A DNA stretch of 64,000 bases. Origin: Roseibacillus sp. GTDB lineage: Bacteria; Verrucomicrobiota; Verrucomicrobiia; Verrucomicrobiales; Akkermansiaceae. Of the stretch, positions 58,511 to 64,000 are shown in pieces; the first letter of the stretch is position 1, and the number at the start of each line of letters is the position of its first letter. The translations under genes and the position numbers were made by a program. Where the stretch lies: contig JBPOGI010000004.1 of assembly GCA_051251855.1 (NCBI GenBank), positions 128,001 to 192,000 on the forward strand, written 5' to 3'. The notes below the pieces were generated by a model that was not told the DNA's origin, ran no database searches, and saw only the letters and a list, made by a program, of their open reading frames with translations.

Positions 58511-59890
58511 ATGAAACCAATGAGAAACCTCCTTGCCGTTCTGGCGATTTCCGCTGGCTGCTTGTTCGCAGACCAACACGCGGAAGCCAAGAAAATCGAA
58601 AGTCCCGAATCTCGCGTTGAGCACTTGCTTACCGCCGCCGACCACCTCGAAGCGGCTGGTGCCGTTCGCGAAGCCGAATCTATTCGCAATCACGTGAAAG
58701 CGATGAAAGCTCAAGCTGCAAAGCCTGCCGCGCCCGCCGCCAAATCAGACAAAAAGGGAGCCAAGGCCGGAGCTACTGCTGGTGCAGCCAAGGCCGCAGC
58801 TAAAGCCTCCAAAGCGGTCGCCGTAAAAGGTGCCGACAAGAAGCACGCTTCAAAGCCCGTCGCCGTCTCCCAGCCCATCGAGGTCAAAGTCACTCAAAGC
58901 GACGACCCAAAGGCTCCCAAGAAAGCGGAAGTTAAGCTCGCACAGGCGCCTGCTCCCAAAGCTGCTGAAAAGCCTGCCAAAGAGGTAGCAGTCAAGGCCT
59001 CCAAGCCCGCCGAAAAAGCAAAACCTGCCAAGAAAGAAGAGGCCAAAAAGAGCGCTCCCAAGAAAGCAGAAGCTAAAAAAGAAGCACCCAAGAAGGCAGA
59101 AGCCAAGAAAGACGCTCCCAAGAAGGCAGACGCTCCAAAAAAAGCAGCAGCCAAGAAGGATGCTCCCAAGAAAGCCGAAGCCAAGAAAGCTCCCGCCGCT
59201 CCCGCCGGAAAGTCTGACACTGAAGTAGCGAAAAAAGTGGAGGCTAAAGACGCCAAAGCCCCCTGCTGCCCAACTGAAACTCGTGCTGCGGCACTCAAGG
59301 CCGCTGCTCCCGCAAAGAAGGCTGAAGACCATGGCCACAGCCACGCTGATGGCGCAGCCCACACTCACGGTGCCAAAGCCGAGAAGAAAGCCGACTGCTG
59401 CGGCAAAGGCGGCGAGTGCTGCAAAAACGGAACCTGCCAGAAAGAAGTCAAATGTAGCAAAACTGCTTGCGCGGATGGCGAGTGCACAGAAGGCAAATGC
59501 GAAAAGTCTGCCAAAGCTACTGACTGCTGCGGAAAAGGTGGCGAATGCTGCAAAGACGGAACCTGTAAGGACTCCGCTAAGAAAGATTGCGACAAAGCCG
59601 CTTGTGACAAAGCAGAGTGCAAAGAAGGCAAGTGCTGCGGTGAGTGCGGCGGCGACAAAGCCAAGTGCAAAGAAGCCAAGTGCGAGCCCGGCAAATGCTG
59701 TGGCAAAGACGGAAAGTGCTGTGGCAAATGCGACAAAGCTTCCTGCGACAAGGGCGAGTGCAAAGAAGGCAAATGTGACAAGGGTGAGTGCGAAAAAAGC
59801 GCATGTAGCAAAGGTTCTTGCGACGACGTCATCGAGAGACTCGATGCAATCGAAGAGACCCTCGACGCCATTCTTGAGAAAATGAAGTAG
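58511..59890 (+). CDS. Secreted low-complexity protein: Lys/Ala/Pro-rich stalk, His motif, Cys-rich metallothionein-like domain, C-terminal coiled coil
   Basis: Signal peptide; (APKKAEAKK[DE])n repeats; DHGHSH..HTH; 33 Cys in the ~145-aa C-terminal block; followed by a terminator. Confidence 0.8.
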   Translation: MKPMRNLLAVLAISAGCLFADQHAEAKKIESPESRVEHLLTAADHLEAAGAVREAESIRNHVKAMKAQAAKPAAPAAKSDKKGAKAGATAGAAKAAAKASKAVAVKGADKKHASKPVAVSQPIEVKVTQSDDPKAPKKAEVKLAQAPAPKAAEKPAKEVAVKASKPAEKAKPAKKEEAKKSAPKKAEAKKEAPKKAEAKKDAPKKADAPKKAAAKKDAPKKAEAKKAPAAPAGKSDTEVAKKVEAKDAKAPCCPTETRAAALKAAAPAKKAEDHGHSHADGAAHTHGAKAEKKADCCGKGGECCKNGTCQKEVKCSKTACADGECTEGKCEKSAKATDCCGKGGECCKDGTCKDSAKKDCDKAACDKAECKEGKCCGECGGDKAKCKEAKCEPGKCCGKDGKCCGKCDKASCDKGECKEGKCDKGECEKSACSKGSCDDVIERLDAIEETLDAILEKMK

Positions 59891-59918
59891 TCGCTGACGA
59901 CTCTTTCCAACAATTTTC

Positions 59919-59947
59919 AAAGGGAGCCTTCCGAGGCTCCCTTTTTT
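59919..59947 (+). terminator. Rho-independent terminator
   Basis: AAAGGGAGCCT-TCCG-AGGCTCCCTTTTTT. Confidence 0.9.
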
Positions 59948-60036
59948 GTATCCCCATTTTTCCTGAAAAAAACACCCTCCATTCTCGACAAAACCGCCTC
60001 GTTGCGCCAAACCCCCCGCCGAACCTTAAAAAGAAC

Positions 60037-62154
<2,118 letters not shown>

Positions 62155-62156
62155 TC

Positions 62157-62179
62157 GGAGCGCGGAGCACCAGCTCCGC
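62157..62179 (+). repeat. Single GGAG-type REP hairpin
   Basis: GGAG-C-GCGGAGC-acca-GCTCCGC immediately after the fusA stop. Confidence 0.55.
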
Positions 62180-62193
62180 ACCAGAACCCTTTC

Positions 62194-62226
62194 AAAAAGG
62201 CGGTCCCTCAAGGGCCGCCTTTTTTT
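62194..62226 (+). terminator. Rho-independent terminator of fusA
   Basis: AAAAAGGCGGTCCC-tcaa-GGGCCGCCTTTTTTT. Confidence 0.9.
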
Positions 62227-62308
62227 GTCTTGGGCGGAGGCCTTTACTACCGTCTGCATCGACCTGAGCGACAATAAAAGTCGCCCCTCCTTCGAACAAC
62301 CCTCCCCA

Positions 62309-62330
62309 CTTAACAAACTCTTAAAGAATT
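62309..62330 (+). promoter_or_regulatory. Candidate OmpR-family regulator box (11-bp direct repeat)
   Basis: CTTAACAAACT-CTTAAAGAATT about 45 nt upstream of the YHYH gene. Confidence 0.4.
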
Positions 62331-62374
62331 CAAGCTTTCCTCATCGTGAGGCCCCAACCAAAGTGACAACTTAG

Positions 62375-63469
62375 ATGAAAAGATTCGTCCTATTCAGCGC
62401 CTTCTCCCTGGCTACCCCTCTCGCCGCCCACGAGCACGAAGATCACAACCACGCTCAACCGAAAACCATCCTCGACCCCGCCCACTTCTTCCAAGAAAAC
62501 CTCACTGGAAAAGTCGAGCAGCAACAAGCCAAGCTCGCCGACGGCAGCGAAGTTCTCTGCTGGGTCATCCCCATCAAATCCGAGCCGGTCGAACACGCCA
62601 TGGGCCCCTGGTGCCCCACTTCCGTCACCGACGACAAGAGCCTCGGAGGCAAGTGGTTTTTTGGAGGCGAGCTCGTCGATGTTGATGGTGACTTCGTCAA
62701 GAACCTCGCTCAACTCTACGAAGACAACGAATGGAATCTCGTCAATGACGACGGCTCTATCAAAGTCACCGACACCGAAGAAGCCTTCCTTCTCGCCGCC
62801 CGTCCCAATGTCGACCCGAAGTATCAAAACCACTGCGTAGAAGCCCCCGCCGATTTGGAAATTGATTCCCAGACGGTCTACACCATCCCCGTCAACCCCG
62901 TCATCAACGACCAGCCCACCCGCCTCACCCGCGGCGGAGTCGCGGTTGCCTTCAACGGCGTCAACTTCGACCCGCCCGCACCCACCAGTGCCATTCTCGC
63001 CGCCCACACCATCGCTCCCCTCGACGACCACGGTGGACACATGAATCCCTTCGAGGGCTATCACTACCACGCCGTCACTGGCAGCACCAAGGAGGTTGCC
63101 AACGAGAAAGGCCACGCCCCTCTCATCGGCTACGTCATCGATGGTTTTCCCCTCCATGCCCAAAAGAATGCCGAGGGAGAAGTCGCCCCCGACCTCGACG
63201 ACTGCGGAGGCCACCAACATGGCGAAGGAAGTTATCACTACCACGCCGGCGCTCCCGGCAGTAACCAAATCATCAAGGCCTTTCGCGGCAGCCCGGGCAC
63301 GGTGGTCATGCCCAACGGGAAGAAGCAGGAACGCGGTCCTCGAGGTGACGGACCTCCTCCCGGCGCCGGCCGCGGCGGACGACCACCACGCGGCGAAGGA
63401 GGTCTTCCCCACCAACGCCCCAACGGTCCTCCTCCTGGAGAGCGCCCTCCTCATCCAGAAGAGAGTTGA
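62375..63469 (+). CDS. YHYH domain protein (secreted, putative metal-binding)
   Basis: Signal peptide, HEHEDHNH, G.AFNGV.F, LDDHGGH....GYHYH, IGY..DGFP, DLD.CGGH....YHYH, Gly/Pro/Arg-rich tail. Confidence 0.9.
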   Translation: MKRFVLFSAFSLATPLAAHEHEDHNHAQPKTILDPAHFFQENLTGKVEQQQAKLADGSEVLCWVIPIKSEPVEHAMGPWCPTSVTDDKSLGGKWFFGGELVDVDGDFVKNLAQLYEDNEWNLVNDDGSIKVTDTEEAFLLAARPNVDPKYQNHCVEAPADLEIDSQTVYTIPVNPVINDQPTRLTRGGVAVAFNGVNFDPPAPTSAILAAHTIAPLDDHGGHMNPFEGYHYHAVTGSTKEVANEKGHAPLIGYVIDGFPLHAQKNAEGEVAPDLDDCGGHQHGEGSYHYHAGAPGSNQIIKAFRGSPGTVVMPNGKKQERGPRGDGPPPGAGRGGRPPRGEGGLPHQRPNGPPPGERPPHPEES

Positions 63470-63511
63470 CCGTAATATCTCCCTGCCTTAGGTCGTATCC
63501 TCAAAGTCACT

Positions 63512-63907
63512 TTGACGCGGATTTTCCAGTATCTTTTGCTCGCCCTTGGCCTCATCCACCTTACCATCGGCCCGAGCAATGCCCTCCAAGTTCTCGCTTG
63601 GACGAAAATGCTGGTCGACTACTCGGAAGGTCGCAGCTTTGCGGAAGCGGCCGAAATGACCTTCGACGGCGATCACCCCTGCTCTATGTGCCTCGCGCTA
63701 GAGGAAAGTCGCGAAAAGGAAGAGAGCGACCCCGCGCCCCGGCCGAAGCGGTCAGCCGAGCGCAACGACCTCTTCCCCCAACAAGATATTCGCCCCAAGA
63801 ACCGTCGCGCCATTGTGACCGCGAATAGCCCCCCTTCTCCCGCCCGCCTTTTGGGCCACTGTCAATTTGTTCCCGAGCGGCCCACCCCGCCACCCCGGTT
63901 TGTCTAA
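63512..63907 (+). CDS. Small exported protein with CxxC and a Pro-rich C-terminus (DUF2946-like)
   Basis: Hydrophobic N-terminus, 'LQVLAW..ML..YS', 'TFDGDHPCSMC', C-terminal PERPTPPPR; TTG start uncertain. Confidence 0.7.
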   Translation: MTRIFQYLLLALGLIHLTIGPSNALQVLAWTKMLVDYSEGRSFAEAAEMTFDGDHPCSMCLALEESREKEESDPAPRPKRSAERNDLFPQQDIRPKNRRAIVTANSPPSPARLLGHCQFVPERPTPPPRFV

Positions 63908-63908
63908 A

Positions 63909-63932
63909 GGAGCAAGGACATTCCTGTCCTTG
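63909..63932 (+). repeat. GGAG-type REP hairpin
   Basis: GGAG-CAAGGACA-ttcc-TGTCCTTG right after the stop codon; any partner copy would lie beyond the window. Confidence 0.6.
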
Positions 63933-64000
63933 AATACTCAAAGTCTCGGCAAATTCCACGAGCCACCCAAGACCAGGCCCTCCGCCTGCCTCTTGCCCTC

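Noticed and set aside
59030..59190. Tandem ~27-bp repeats (gctcccaagaaggcagaagccaagaaa-like) that could suggest a CRISPR array or VNTR
   Set aside because: They are in-frame coding repeats (APKKAEAKK) with synonymous variation, no unique spacers and no cas genes.
58850..60010. Long antisense and alternate-frame ORFs (386, 200, 182 and 156 aa) over the Lys/Ala/Cys-rich gene
   Set aside because: They are shadows of a low-complexity repeat. Only the + frame has a signal peptide, coherent domains and a terminator.
62390..63454. 354-aa antisense ORF over the YHYH gene; similar shadows at 9704-10594, 18088-19215, 46096-47112 and 13567-14478
   Set aside because: Each fully overlaps a gene with clear family motifs on the other strand and has no motifs of its own.

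Overview
Bacterial chromosomal window, most likely Verrucomicrobiota (Verrucomicrobiaceae/Roseibacillus-like). This is inferred from a PEP-CTERM protein, a Verru_Chthon cassette A-like protein, a sulfatase, several prenyltransferase/squalene-oxidase-repeat proteins and GGAG-type REP elements. It holds about 46 CDS. Housekeeping and metabolic genes include hrpA, an M29 aminopeptidase, glpD, a Pta-like protein, a PHP histidinol phosphatase, ppnP, acpH and a stand-alone fusA. There is a xylA-xylB sugar cluster with a divergent PAS-AraC regulator, ABC transporter parts and many lineage-specific surface proteins. I saw no rRNA, tRNA, CRISPR array, transposase or integrase. The most notable observations are: (1) a decaying integron-cassette array without integrase, with two homologous 127-128 bp attC-like sites and a third core site around three small genes (37.0-38.7 kb); (2) a near-consensus sigma54 promoter plus a terminator hairpin defining a candidate ~80-nt sRNA antisense between xylB and xylA; (3) a secreted Lys/Ala/Pro-rich protein ending in a 33-Cys metallothionein/EGKC-like domain, close to a YHYH protein and a CxxC...PPPR (DUF2946/CruR-like) ORF; (4) three tandem paralogous lipoproteins of unknown family; (5) a Pta homolog apparently lacking catalytic residues, a eukaryote-type xylulokinase, and several structured or repeated intergenic elements. 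All family assignments come from motif recognition, not database searches.
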